Assembly (NCBI GenBank): GCA_905182435.1
Contig: CAJJBN010000024.1
Span: 4,332-68,331 of the forward strand
Source: Opitutaceae bacterium BACL24 MAG-120322-bin51
GTDB lineage: Bacteria > Verrucomicrobiota > Verrucomicrobiia > Opitutales > Coraliomargaritaceae
Length of the DNA: 64,000 bases
Direction of reading: 5' to 3'
Shown: in pieces, positions 20,167 through 31,430 of the stretch
Numbering within the stretch: position 1 is the first letter of the stretch
Layout of the letters: each line of letters begins with the position of its first letter
Program-made: the position numbers and the translations under genes
The notes under the pieces: model-generated
Seen by the model: the letters and a program-made list of their open reading frames with translations, nothing else
What the model was told of the DNA's origin: nothing
Databases searched by the model: none

Positions 20167-20168
20167 GT

Positions 20169-21846
20169 CTATGAAACTGCGATTGCGGGTTTACGTGCAG
20201 CGAGGCCTTCAGCAATGGCAGCCTTCATCGTCTTGATGTTTTCCGGCCAGCTAGCAGCTGAATGGAAAATACTGCTGGTTCCGGCTACCAAATTATCGGC
20301 ACCGGCGGCGACCATCCCTGGGATGTTTTCAAAACTCACATTACCATCCACTTGGATTGGCACATGCCCGTAGCCATGCGCATCTAAATACTCGCGACAG
20401 TCGGCAATCTTCTGAATCGAAGCCGGTGTCATTTTTTGCCCAGCAAAGCCAGGGTTCACCGTCATCAACAACACGTAGTCGATCCGATCGAGAATGAAAT
20501 CGAGCGCACTGAGCGGTGTCGAGGGATTGAGCGCGATGCCAGCCTTGGCACCGATCTCACGAATGCGGCTCAGCGTGCGGTCAAGGTGTTGGCAGGCCTC
20601 AGCATGCACAGAAATCTGATAGACATTCCAGCCCTCCAACAAGCTGACGAAGAAATCATTATCGGACACCATCAGGTGCACATCGACTGGCAAATGCGTG
20701 CGCTCCTTCAGCGCTTCGATCATTGCCAGCCCCATCGGTGCATTCGGCACGAAGTGGCCATCCATTACATCCATATGCAGCATGCCAGTGCCAAGTGCTT
20801 CAACGCGGCGCAGTGCGCTCTCGAAATTGAGCGGGTCGACGCACATCATCGACGGTGCAATGACCACCTCGTCTTTAGCAGGTGTTTGAATCTCCGGAAT
20901 ACGCGACGCGATCGCCTCCGAAACCGGCGCTTCCTGCATGAAGTTTTCCTTCAGGTAAATCAGCGACTCACGTAGTTGTTCTGCCACTTGACCGTCCGAA
21001 TAATCGCGGCCCAGCTTAGGCCCACCAATTTCAAGGTAGCAGCCCATGGTCTCGACCGGAATGATGTCGGCATTTTCAACCAGCATCTCACGGAAGTGCG
21101 CCACATCGACAATGCCTTTTTCGACGTTGGCAGCTTGAAAGCCGAAAGTGGAATTAAAGCGATCGTCGGTGTTCTTCAGGTGGATCTCATACAGCCACGG
21201 CAAGGACGCCTTGAAAAGTTCGATATGATTGAAGCCCTCGCTTTCGTCAGCGTTGAGATAGCCGTGCGCGATGTCGGTGCAATAGCCGATCTTGGCGGTG
21301 CTGTCTGCATTGGCTTCGTGATAGGCGGTCAACTCTTCGCCCATCAATTTCATTTCACAGGGCAATGTCGGCGGCTCGGCCAGGCAGGACATCGGCTCAA
21401 TCGTCAGCCACTCAATTCCCTGGTCCTCTGCAAAGTGCATGAGCTCCTTCATGTGCTTGGTATAAGCAACGTAGCCCTTCTTCCTTCAGCCCCATCAAAT
21501 CGCGCGGCACGGCGCCGGGATTTGACCCGACCGACTTCGCACCGACCAAGGCGCCAATCTCGATGAAGCGCTCATAGTTGCGACGGGCCACCGCGACCCA
21601 CTCCGGATCTTCGCGGAAGAAACCGCCGAGTTCACGGTGCGCGGTAAACAGACTATCAATCGTGATACCGAAATTGTCCGCCTCCTTCTTCAAGCGAATG
21701 AAATATTCATCCGGCAGTTGATAGAGCTCGAAGAACGAGCCCAACTGCAGCGATGTCACGCCCTCCTCCGCCATCAGGCGAAAGAGCCAAGGAAAAGAAT
21801 TCCGATATTCAATCGGGTCGGATTTGATGCCTAGTTTGAAGTCCAT
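20169..21846 (-). CDS. Fusion of a sugar-phosphate isomerase/epimerase TIM barrel (AP2Ec/xylose-isomerase-like) and a ribulose-phosphate 3-epimerase-family (AlsE-like) domain; frameshift at ~21464
   Basis: ORFs 21412-21846 and 20169-21452 join if one T is removed (EEGLRC-YTKHMKEL). The N-domain has IEPMS, DIAHG, EIHLKNTD and LEIGG; the C-domain has IAPSMMC, HMDVMDGHFVPN, DVHLM, MTVNPGF and QVDG. Confidence 0.8.
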
Positions 21847-21870
21847 GCCAACGACTCAATCTCACAACCA

Positions 21871-21940
21871 ATGATCACTTCGATCATTTACACCTTGCGA
21901 ATGATCATTTTTCGATCAGATTAACGATCACTACTGATCG
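21871..21940. promoter_or_regulatory. Probable DeoR operator: six GATC(A) boxes in the divergent promoter
   Basis: GATCA at 21873, 21882, 21903, 21914 and 21926, and GATCG at 21936, with about 10-bp (or 2x10) phasing. Lies between the operon and the DeoR gene. Confidence 0.6.
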
Positions 21941-21956
21941 CAAATACCATAAAGCA

Positions 21957-22730
21957 TTGATGAACAAGCACGAACGACATAATCGAATTCTCCACCTCGC
22001 CGGTGAGCGCGGGATGATATACCTCGACCGTGCGGCGCAAGCCACCGGCGCGAGTTTACCCACGATTCGCCGAGATTTCGCCGAACTCGCCGACGCGGGC
22101 TCGGTCGAGCGGATCCGCGGCGGCATTCGAGTCAGCCGTAAGGAAGAGAACATGCCGTTCAACCTCCGCGAAGTGCAGCGCTCCAACGAGAAGTCCGCGA
22201 TCGCCCGCAACGCCGCCAAACGCATACGCGGAGGCGACGTGCTATTTATCGACGGCGGCACCACGACCTACCACATGTGCTTCCATCTACCGCGTGTGCC
22301 GCTGCGCATTATTACCAATTCGCTGCGACTGTCCGCTTATCTCGATGATCCAGCACACCGACATCCCGACTGGGAAGTGTATCTGACGGGTGGACGAATC
22401 CAGCACGGCAGCAGTATGCTGACCGGCCCGGGAACGGTGCACTCACTCAATTTCTATCACGCCGACTGGGCCTTCCTATCGGTCGGCGGCATCACACCCG
22501 ACGGCCTCTACAACACCTCCGAAGCCATCGTCGAGACCGAGCGAAAAATGATCGAGCACAGCGACCGCAGCGTGATCCTAGCCGACCAAAGTAAAATCGG
22601 CACACGCACGATGTGCCGCGTGTGTGGGATCAAACGGATCGAGCGTTTGATTACCACCCCACCCGCAGGTCGCTCATTGATCGAAGAAGACATGCGCGAA
22701 GCCGGCCTCGTCATCACCCACGCTGACTAA
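21957..22730 (+). CDS. DeoR/GlpR-family transcriptional regulator
   Basis: HTH ...SLPTIRRDF..L...G...RIRGG; sensor domain FIDGGTT, ITNSL, LTGG, LADQSK. Confidence 0.95.
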   Translation: MMNKHERHNRILHLAGERGMIYLDRAAQATGASLPTIRRDFAELADAGSVERIRGGIRVSRKEENMPFNLREVQRSNEKSAIARNAAKRIRGGDVLFIDGGTTTYHMCFHLPRVPLRIITNSLRLSAYLDDPAHRHPDWEVYLTGGRIQHGSSMLTGPGTVHSLNFYHADWAFLSVGGITPDGLYNTSEAIVETERKMIEHSDRSVILADQSKIGTRTMCRVCGIKRIERLITTPPAGRSLIEEDMREAGLVITHAD

Positions 22731-22887
22731 CGAAACTCATAGAGATCCAGACTCCAAACAGGCTCATCGGCAACATGAGGGAACTATTCTCCGCGCATGC
22801 CGGCACCTGGGAGACCGCGCAGCGACGACCTCCCCACATCACCGTCTCCTAATCGTGGCGTCTCCGCTTGCGGAGGCCCTTCAGTTG

Positions 22888-23062
22888 CGGGAGGGACGAC
22901 CTCCGTGTCGTCCGCAATGTATTTGGTGCTCATGCACTGCGGTCCGCGCGGAGGCGGACCCTCCCCGATGCAGCATAATTCGCCGGGAGGGACGACCTCC
23001 GCGTCGTCCGCAATGTGTTTGGTGCTCATGCACTGCGGTCCGCGCGGAGGCGGACCCTCCCC
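22888..23062. repeat. 2 x 96-bp tandem units, each an inverted pair of REP-like palindromes (GGGAGGGACGACCTCCGYGTCGTCC ... GGTCCGCGCGGAGGCGGACCCTCCC)
   Basis: Units start at 22888 and 22984 and are nearly identical; located between convergent genes. Confidence 0.88.
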
Positions 23063-23107
23063 TATACTCTGCCGCGGGATCCACAATCATCGTCGACGAT
23101 TGCCCAC

Positions 23108-23138
23108 AAAAAAGCCGCACCCTTTCGGATGCGGCTTT
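23108..23138 (-). terminator. Rho-independent terminator of nrdBA
   Basis: AAAAAAGCCGCA-loop-TGCGGCTTT hairpin with a U-tract on the minus strand. Confidence 0.75.
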
Positions 23139-23174
23139 CCTATAATAAGATAATAACAATATCTTGTGGAAACG

Positions 23175-26100
23175 TTACTGGCAAGCTTCGCACTCTTCAC
23201 CATTCATCATGGCTTCGATTGAGCACAGGCTTTGGCCTCTGCCGCGCTGAATTCCTTTTTGGCTGCTGCGGATGCCGCCGCTTCAGCATCGGTTTGGCCG
23301 ATACGTCCACGCTTCTCTTTTTTCACACTGGTGGTTGCTTTCTCAATATTGGAAGCGCCCAGGGTGCGGAGATAATAGGTAGTCTTAAGACCCTTGCGCC
23401 ATGCATCGCGATACATGTGCGAGAGTGTTTTGATGTCTGGCTCGGCAAGGAATAAGTTCACCGATTGCGACTGATCGATCCATTTCTGGCGACGAGCGGC
23501 AGCATCGATAAAGTATTTATATTCAATACCAAATGCGGTGCGGTATTTATCGCGCAGGTCTTGCGGCACGCCTTCGATTGCGTCGAGTTCGCCATCGAAA
23601 TACTTAACATGATCAAGCATCTCAGGCGTCCACAGCCCGCGCTTCTTTAAGTCGCGTACCAGCTCGCCATTAAGTACGATGAAGTCACCGGATAGGTTAC
23701 TCTTTACGAACAGATTTTTATAGGTCGGCTCGATGCATGGCGTGGTGCCCATGATATTAGAGATGGTCGCGGTCGGTGCGATAGCGAGCACGTTGGAGTT
23801 ACGCATACCATGCTTCGCGATTTTTTCGCGCAGTGGCTTCCAGTCCATTTTACCCGCACGCGGCACTTCGATTTTCTCGCCACGTTCTTGCTCGAGTATA
23901 TCCAGTGTATCTTGCGGCATCAGACCACGGTCCCATTTGGAACCCTTATAGCTACTGTAAGTGCCGTGCTCAGCGGCGATGTCGCTGGACGCTTCGTAGG
24001 CATAATAGGCGATGGCTTCCATGAACTCGTCGTTAAATTCAACGGCGGCTTGAGACGCGAATGCGATGTCTTTTTTGTAGAGCGTGTTTTGCAGCCCCAT
24101 GATGCCAAGCCCGATCGGACGGTGACGAGTATTGGCAGTCCTAGCGGATTCAGTCGGATAGAAGTTGATGTCGATCACGTTATCGAGTGCACGCACTGCG
24201 ATGCTGATCGTTTCACGCAGCTTGGCATGATCCAGATTGCCATCGGCATCCAGATGTGAGTCGAGCACCACTGAACCCAGGTTACAAACTGCGGTCTCTT
24301 CGTCGCTGGTGTTGAGCGTAATCTCGGTACAGAGATTCGAGCTATGAATCACACCACAGTGATCCTGCGGACTGCGTACATTACAAGGATCCTTGAAAGT
24401 GATCCAAGGATGCCCGGTTTCAAAGATCATCCGCAGCATTAACTTCCACAGGTCGAGAGCGGGTTGCTTACGACCAAAGATTTCGCCGCGCTCTGCCATC
24501 GCTTCATACTCGGTGTAGCGCTTTTCGAACGCCTTACCGTAGAGATCGTGCAAGTCAGGTGTTTCGTTTGAGCGAAATAGGGTCCACTCGGTGCGGGCTT
24601 CCATACGCTGCATGAATAAGTCGGGAATCCAGTTCGCGGTGTTCATGTCGTGCGTGCGGCGACGGTCGTCACCGGTATTTTTACGCAACTCCAGAAAATC
24701 GGGTAAATCATTGTGCCACGACTCCAGATACGCACAACCAGAACCGCGACGCTTGCCGCCTTGGTTGACTGCGACGAGTTGGTCATTATGCAACTTCAAG
24801 AATGGGATCACGCCCTGGCTCTCACCATTGGTACCTTTAATAAAGCCACCAGTGCCGCGAACCGCAGTCCAAGAACCTCCGAGGCCACCGGCCCATTTAG
24901 ACAGAAAGGCGTTGTCGGCGATACCGCGGTGCATAATCGACTCGATACTGTCATCGACCTTGTAGAGGTAGCAGGACGATAGTTGCGAGTGCAACGTGCC
25001 GGAATTGAAAAGTGTCGGCGTAGAGGAGCAAAAGCGCCGGCTCTTGTAGAGATTGTACAGACGAATGGCGTAGCCCTCACGGTCTTGTTTTTCATGATGA
25101 AACAGGCCCATTGAGACACGGATCCAGAAGTATTGTGGCACTTCCAGATGGCGGTGCTTCTTACCGGTCTTATCGACAATCAGGTAGCGGTCATATAAAG
25201 TTTGCACGCCGAGATAATCGAAATCGAGGTCAGCCGATGGGTCGAGTGCAGCACCGATCTGATCGAGGTCGAAGTCGAGTAGTTTCGGGTGGATGCGCTC
25301 GATCTCAATCGCACGTTTTAGGTAGCTCTTAAAGCCGCGGCGATGTGCCTCTTTGAGTTGCTCGACACCATCACGTAGAATGTCCCAATCGAGCACTTCT
25401 TCGTAAATGTATGTCAACAATACACGACCAGCAAACAGCGAGAAGTCGGCGTCGCGCTCGATCATGCTCTTCGCATTTAGTATGATCGTCTTTTGCAAGT
25501 CCGAACGCGTCATCTCCGGATAGAGCGAGCGACGCAGTTCGTCGTCGATTGCCTCAGCGCTTAAATTAAGATCCAAGCCAATCATCGCGAATTCGATGCG
25601 ACGCTTGAGATCGAGACCATCCCAGAATGTATTCTCACCATTTGCTTCGGTGACGACGATCATCGACTCCTGCAATGCTTCGCTAGAATCGACTGCTCCC
25701 TCATCCTCACGGACGCGCAAACGGTGCGCACGGTACAGGATGTATGCTTCGGCGACCTTGAAATGACCTTGGCGCATCATCTCTTCTTGCACCGCATCCT
25801 GGACATCTTCGATATTGAGAAATGCTTGACCGGCAACGTTGAGACGATCGGTAGCGGCACGTGCGACTTCGACTGCTGGAGTCGAGTCCAAGTGCAGCGA
25901 GAGAAAAGACTTACGTACAGCGACTTCGATCTTCGCCTCGTTCCACGGCACGACTTGGCCGTTGCGACGAATCAAACGAATCGAAACGGGATCACGCTCA
26001 CGCTCTTGGCCCTTGGCGCGACCAAAGACTAGGCTCTTAGCCACGTCATGCGCATCGTTCTCGATCAATGCCTTTTCAATGAGGAGATGGATGTCGTGGG

Positions 26101-26437
26101 CCGATAGTTTCAACGCACGACCTTGCTCAATCGAAGTGGCCAGCACTTTGCCGACACTCTCAGCAATACTCGCAACAAACTTTTGATTCACATCCGTGTA
26201 AATTTCTTCTTCATGACGAGACAAAAGCAAGTCAGTCAGTGCTGCACCAATGGTATCGGCAATCTCAGCAAGATCGAAATCACGCTCGCCACCCTCAACT
26301 TCAATTTTAATTTCGGAGCGTTGAAAATGCTCCTTACCGATCACCGCCGCCCAATCAAAGCGCGGTTTTTTATCTTTGGGAGTCGATGCGTAGCGTTTAA
26401 GTTCGAGGTCTTCTTCGAATGAAATTTTTTGGATCAT
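23175..26437 (-). CDS. nrdA: Ribonucleoside-diphosphate reductase alpha subunit with multiple N-terminal ATP-cone-like domains; frameshift near 23225
   Basis: SSTPTLFNSG, LSSCY, SSNLCTEI, VCNLGS, IAPTATIS, KTTYYLR. The C-terminal ACSIEAMMNGEECEACQ* lies in the shifted frame, ending at 23175. Confidence 0.95.
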
Positions 26438-26510
26438 TGTTTGTTATTTTAGTTCAAGTTAGTAAATGGGGTGGCTGGGTAGGCCGGAGAATCAGTAGAA
26501 AATAGAAAAC

Positions 26511-26535
26511 GGAGTGCGAACTTGGTTCGCACTCC
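26511..26535. repeat. Intergenic palindrome (REP-like hairpin) between nrdB and nrdA
   Basis: GGAGTGCGAAC-TTG-GTTCGCACTCC. Confidence 0.7.
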
Positions 26536-26563
26536 GGAAATGGTGCATCGGCGAACTTTTGAA

Positions 26564-27646
<1,083 letters not shown>

Positions 27647-27840
27647 GAGTATATTTGAGTTGTTGGTGGTGAGATCTAAAAAGAGTTAAAAAAGGACGGC
27701 AATCGCGGCAAATGAGTCGGGAAAGCTATCGCCGTAACTGAAGCTGTTGAAAATGAATAAGATAGATTTTTTGGGGCGTAAATGGGGTTGTTTGCTAATT
27801 CGAACTATGTGCGCGCGAATCTGCGCTGTCAAATAAATGA

Positions 27841-27887
27841 ACACCGTATATCGTATATTTTTAAAAAAATCACACTAGATCTAGTAT
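27841..27887. promoter_or_regulatory. Tandem NrdR boxes
   Basis: ACACCGTATATCGTAT (27841) and ACACTAGATCTAGTAT (27872) are 31 bp apart, resemble the consensus acaCwAtATaTwGtg and lie upstream of nrdB. Confidence 0.8.
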
Positions 27888-27898
27888 TTACGCACAAG

Positions 27899-27922
27899 TT
27901 ATTCGCAAAGCACTGTGAATAA
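27899..27922. promoter_or_regulatory. Inverted pair of DnaA-box-like sites
   Basis: TTATTCGCA (27899) and TGTGAATAA (27914; reverse complement TTATTCACA) compared with the consensus TTWTNCACA. Confidence 0.55.
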
Positions 27923-28171
27923 CTGATGCCAAAAATCGCGTAAACCCGCATACTTATGGGCTTTATCGGAAGTCGACACCCAGGTAGTTTATAACCGCAA
28001 TATTTGACTAAAAAAATACACGTTATACCGAAAAGTGGTCACGGCTCAAAATATTACACTTAGCACTGCAACTTTCTTTGCAAAATCTCGATTGTTTGAG
28101 TAAGCATGATTACTCACGAACAGACCACCACTCGAGCTTGGATCATACATCCCCACACGCCCGCTGGTATT

Positions 28172-28754
28172 ATGGACAGAACCACCCCACCAACGCCCCC
28201 AGCCCCCGCAGCCATTGTTGAAGATATCGACAGCGCCTGCTTGCGTGCACTTGCTGCAGGCGACACCAGTGCCTTCGCCAGCCTCGTGCAGCGCTGGCAG
28301 ACTCGCTTAATTAACTTCTTCTACCGCTCCACCCGCAACCGAGCCGACGCCGAAGATCTCGCCCAAGAGACCTTCCTCGAACTTTACCGCGCCGCGCCAC
28401 GCTACACGGCCCGCGGCACCTTTCAGCGCCTTTATCTTTACCCTGGCCCGCCGTCGCTTGATTGACAATTACCGCAAACGCGCCCGCCGCCCGCTTGACT
28501 TCATCGACCCCACCGACTTTGTCATGCAGCAGCAATCTGAACAGGCCGATGCAACCCGCGAGATTGAAGAAGCCTTCCACCTCGCGCTCGCGGCACTTCC
28601 AGAAAACCAGCGCAACGCTATCCTATTACGACAACAGCAAGGGCTCGCTTACGATGAGATCGCCAAAGCCCTCGATACCAGCCTCAGCTCTGTAAAGACC
28701 TGGATACACCGCGCACGCACCCACCTACGGCACGAACTCAAGGACTTCGCCTAG
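28172..28754 (+). CDS. ECF RNA polymerase sigma factor (RpoE-like); frameshift at ~28422
   Basis: Region 2 DAEDLAQETFL; removing one T gives GTFSAFIFTLARRRLIDNYRK; region 4 LPENQR...GLAYDEIA...VKTWIHRAR. Alternative start at 28106. Confidence 0.88.
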
Positions 28755-28760
28755 ACAACT

Positions 28761-28800
28761 CTTCCCACCTTCCGACTTTCCCACCTTCAAACTTTCCCAC
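28761..28800. repeat. Octamer tandem repeat (YTTCCCAC-like x5)
   Basis: cttcccac cttccgac tttcccac cttcaaac tttcccac. Confidence 0.7.
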
Positions 28801-28811
28801 TCATTTTCATC

Positions 28812-29204
28812 ATGAAAACCACAGACTCACGCGACCCACTCGACCGCACGATCGACGACCTTCTCGCCAGCCGCCCGCTTCAGCCCAGCGACGACTTCGT
28901 CGCACGCGTGCTGGCCGCTGCCGACCAGCTCCCCGTAGAGAAGCAGCGCACCAGCTCCGTCGGCCAATTGCTACGCTTTGCACTTCCCATCGCCGCGCTG
29001 ATCGCAGTCGCTTTTACCCTCGCGCAACTCATTCCAACTAAACCGACCGCAGTGGCAGCCCCAGCGCTCAGCGCAGCCGACATGCAGGAAATCTTCCTCT
29101 TAGAGGAAGGCCTCACCGGACTCAGCCAACTTCAGCACGAACAATTCAGTAGCACCAACCTGTTAAACACACTCGACGCACTCACCTTCGACATCGAATC
29201 ATGA
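28812..29204 (+). CDS. Putative single-pass anti-sigma factor
   Basis: P..DFVARV motif and one TM segment (FALPIAALIAVAFTLA), directly downstream of the ECF sigma. Confidence 0.65.
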   Translation: MKTTDSRDPLDRTIDDLLASRPLQPSDDFVARVLAAADQLPVEKQRTSSVGQLLRFALPIAALIAVAFTLAQLIPTKPTAVAAPALSAADMQEIFLLEEGLTGLSQLQHEQFSSTNLLNTLDALTFDIES

Positions 29205-29758
29205 AAGCTTCTATACTCATCGCAGCGCTCGCCTGTCTATTAATTGCAGCCACCAGCGCGGCCGGCCAAAGTATCGGCGACAGAGCCCCTGAAGGCATAT
29301 CTCAACCAGGCTCAGGCGGAGAGACACGGCTACTGCAGAACCTGCTGCAAATGAACGACGCTGAGCTGGTCAACTTGCGTCAAACCGTCGAGCGCATCGA
29401 AAAGATGTCGCCCCAAGAAAAGACGCTGTTACGTGAGCGGATCGGTAAATTTGACAGCATGGCACCTGGCAAGGTCGCCGAGATGCGTAAGAAATTTGAA
29501 GCAATTCCCAAACAGCAACGCGAAGCCATGCGCGAACGCTGGATGGCAATGAGCCCGGAAGAGCGCGCAGAATGGCGCAAAAAGCTCAAAGAAATGTCTC
29601 CCGCAAAGCGCAAAGCCGTTTTTAAAGAGCAAGGCTTCATGGCACCACACCCACATCACCACAAAAAAGGCCCCCGTTCGCAACGTCCCGATGGCAAGGA
29701 ACCTCAGTCTGGGCGCGGCCCCAAGCCAGATGCAGAGCCAGAAGAAAAAGAAAATTAA
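29201..29758 (+). CDS. Exported helical-repeat protein (DUF3106 / Spy-CpxP-like)
   Basis: Signal peptide plus repeated M[S/A]P.E[KR] helices; ATGA overlap with the anti-sigma gene. Confidence 0.65.
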   Translation: MKASILIAALACLLIAATSAAGQSIGDRAPEGISQPGSGGETRLLQNLLQMNDAELVNLRQTVERIEKMSPQEKTLLRERIGKFDSMAPGKVAEMRKKFEAIPKQQREAMRERWMAMSPEERAEWRKKLKEMSPAKRKAVFKEQGFMAPHPHHHKKGPRSQRPDGKEPQSGRGPKPDAEPEEKEN

Positions 29759-29842
29759 AAAAATAAAATCGCTGGCTTGACAGGAGGGACTGCAGAAACA
29801 TTCTCCGCATCTTCGTTGGTGATTAACGTCACTAACAAACTT

Positions 29843-29915
<73 letters not shown>

Positions 29916-29920
29916 AGTAG

Positions 29921-29996
<76 letters not shown>

Positions 29997-30001
29997 TTTT
30001 T

Positions 30002-30035
30002 AAAGCCCTAAGCATCAAACGCTTAGGGCTTTTTT
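30002..30035 (+). terminator. Rho-independent terminator after the tRNAs
   Basis: AAAGCCCTAAGC-loop-GCTTAGGGCTTTTTT. Confidence 0.85.
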
Positions 30036-30136
30036 GCGCCCACTAATCGTTAAGTGAATTAAAAAGTGTGAACACTACTGTGGACACTATTGAGCCGATT
30101 CTGCTGCCAAGGCTAAGCGGTGTTACATGTCCGGTT

Positions 30137-30388
30137 CTACAAACAGACTCCAGAGTTATCTGCCATGCTCGCTTGAATATCCATCAACTTACAACCTGTG
30201 GTTGTTTTAAAGTATATCCATCCCCACAAGCCTATTGCAACTAGAGCCGACAAAGCACTCCCATCGTCGTAAATGATGCCAATAAGTCCTGCGGTGAGAG
30301 TCACTGGAAGAATGTAAACCAGTATTATGATCGGAAATAAGATCATTAATTGTAGAAGGAAAATTACGGTCATTGCGATTCGCTTCAT
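30137..30388 (-). CDS. Small AT-rich membrane protein of unknown function
   Basis: 83-aa ORF with 2-3 hydrophobic segments. Confidence 0.45.
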   Translation of the reverse strand: MKRIAMTVIFLLQLMILFPIIILVYILPVTLTAGLIGIIYDDGSALSALVAIGLWGWIYFKTTTGCKLMDIQASMADNSGVCL

Positions 30389-30702
30389 TACCCAACCTAA
30401 GTTAGGCCCCCTCGCTTTGCAAATTCCCAGCTCGTCTAAGCGTTTTTTTGATGGTTTACTGCTGCTGGATTAATCAGGACGACTGCTAGGGTCGATGTCT
30501 TGCGCTAAATAGCGAGGAATCTCATTACGAAGAACCATCTCTATGATCTGGTTGCGGACCAGATATGGGTCAGTCCACGCATTCTAACATTTCAAGCAAC
30601 TTCTCTAGTTGAGCTGTTATTACGATGCAGACTCACTCTGCTTCGCCGCCCCCATAGCCACGTATCGGCAAAGACAAGCCCTCACTCTTCTCAAAAAACG
30701 GC

Positions 30703-30747
30703 TTGCATAAAGGTAAGATAAAACTAACCTATGTAATTAGCTTACAT
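30703..30747 (+). promoter_or_regulatory. TA promoter with palindromic operators
   Basis: -35 TTGCAT (30703) and -10 TAACCT (30725); inverted repeats AGGTAAG..CTAACCT and ATGTAA-TTAGC-TTACAT abutting the toxin start. Confidence 0.55.
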
Positions 30748-31102
30748 GCCTAAGGTAATCATATTTTACGAAACTGCTAAGGGGAACTGCCCTGCCGCAA
30801 AGTTCATTCGAGCACTCCCCGACACAACACTCTCCAAAATCACGGCGGCCTTAGAATTCATAGAAAAAACAGATCATCCCCCTCATCACATATTTCAAAA
30901 AATGTCCGGCGCCCATGACCTTTGGGAAGTCAGAGTAAAACATGCCAAAAACATCTATCGGCTCCTCAGCTTCTTTGATGGCAAGCAGTTGATAGTCGTC
31001 ACTAGCGCATTTCAGAAAAAGACCCAAAAGACTCCACGCCAAGAAATCGAAACCGCCAGGCAACGCAAAGCGGATTACCTCAAAAGAAAGGAAACCACAT
31101 GA
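30746..31102 (+). CDS. Type II toxin, RelE/ParE family (HigB / Gp49-like)
   Basis: LWEVRV...IYRLL.FF...FQKKTQKTP..EIE.A. Confidence 0.88.
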   Translation: MPKVIIFYETAKGNCPAAKFIRALPDTTLSKITAALEFIEKTDHPPHHIFQKMSGAHDLWEVRVKHAKNIYRLLSFFDGKQLIVVTSAFQKKTQKTPRQEIETARQRKADYLKRKETT

Positions 31103-31383
31103 AGACACTCAAACAATTTAAGGCCGAAATCATCGCCGACGAACCACAGCTCGAAGAGATGATCGCGTCTGATCTCGCGGAACTAGAACTCAGCCAAAAG
31201 CTACGGAAGCTTCGCAAGGACGCCGGGCTCACTCAAAAAATCGTGGCCGAGCGTATGCATGTGACGCGGGCTTACATTTCGCAGCTGGAAGGCCGCCCGC
31301 AGAATGTCACACTAGCGACCCTGTTTAAATACGCCCGAGCAGTCGGCGCACATTTCAATATCAACGCTGAATTAGGTGGTTAA
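31099..31383 (+). CDS. XRE-HTH antitoxin (HigA-like)
   Basis: LRKLRKDAGLTQKIVAERMHVTRAYISQLE; toxin-first order with ATGA overlap. Confidence 0.88.
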   Translation: MKTLKQFKAEIIADEPQLEEMIASDLAELELSQKLRKLRKDAGLTQKIVAERMHVTRAYISQLEGRPQNVTLATLFKYARAVGAHFNINAELGG

Positions 31384-31386
31384 GCG

Positions 31387-31430
31387 AACTCGGACGGGGT
31401 CGAACTCGGACGGCAAACTCGGACGGGGTC
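31387..31430. repeat. Three copies of AACTCGGACGG downstream of the TA pair
   Basis: Copies at 31387, 31403 and 31416. Confidence 0.7.

Noticed and set aside
22784-23159. ORFs of 92-118 aa over the 96-bp repeats
   Set aside because: They are translations of GC-rich palindromic repeats in several frames, with no protein-like features.
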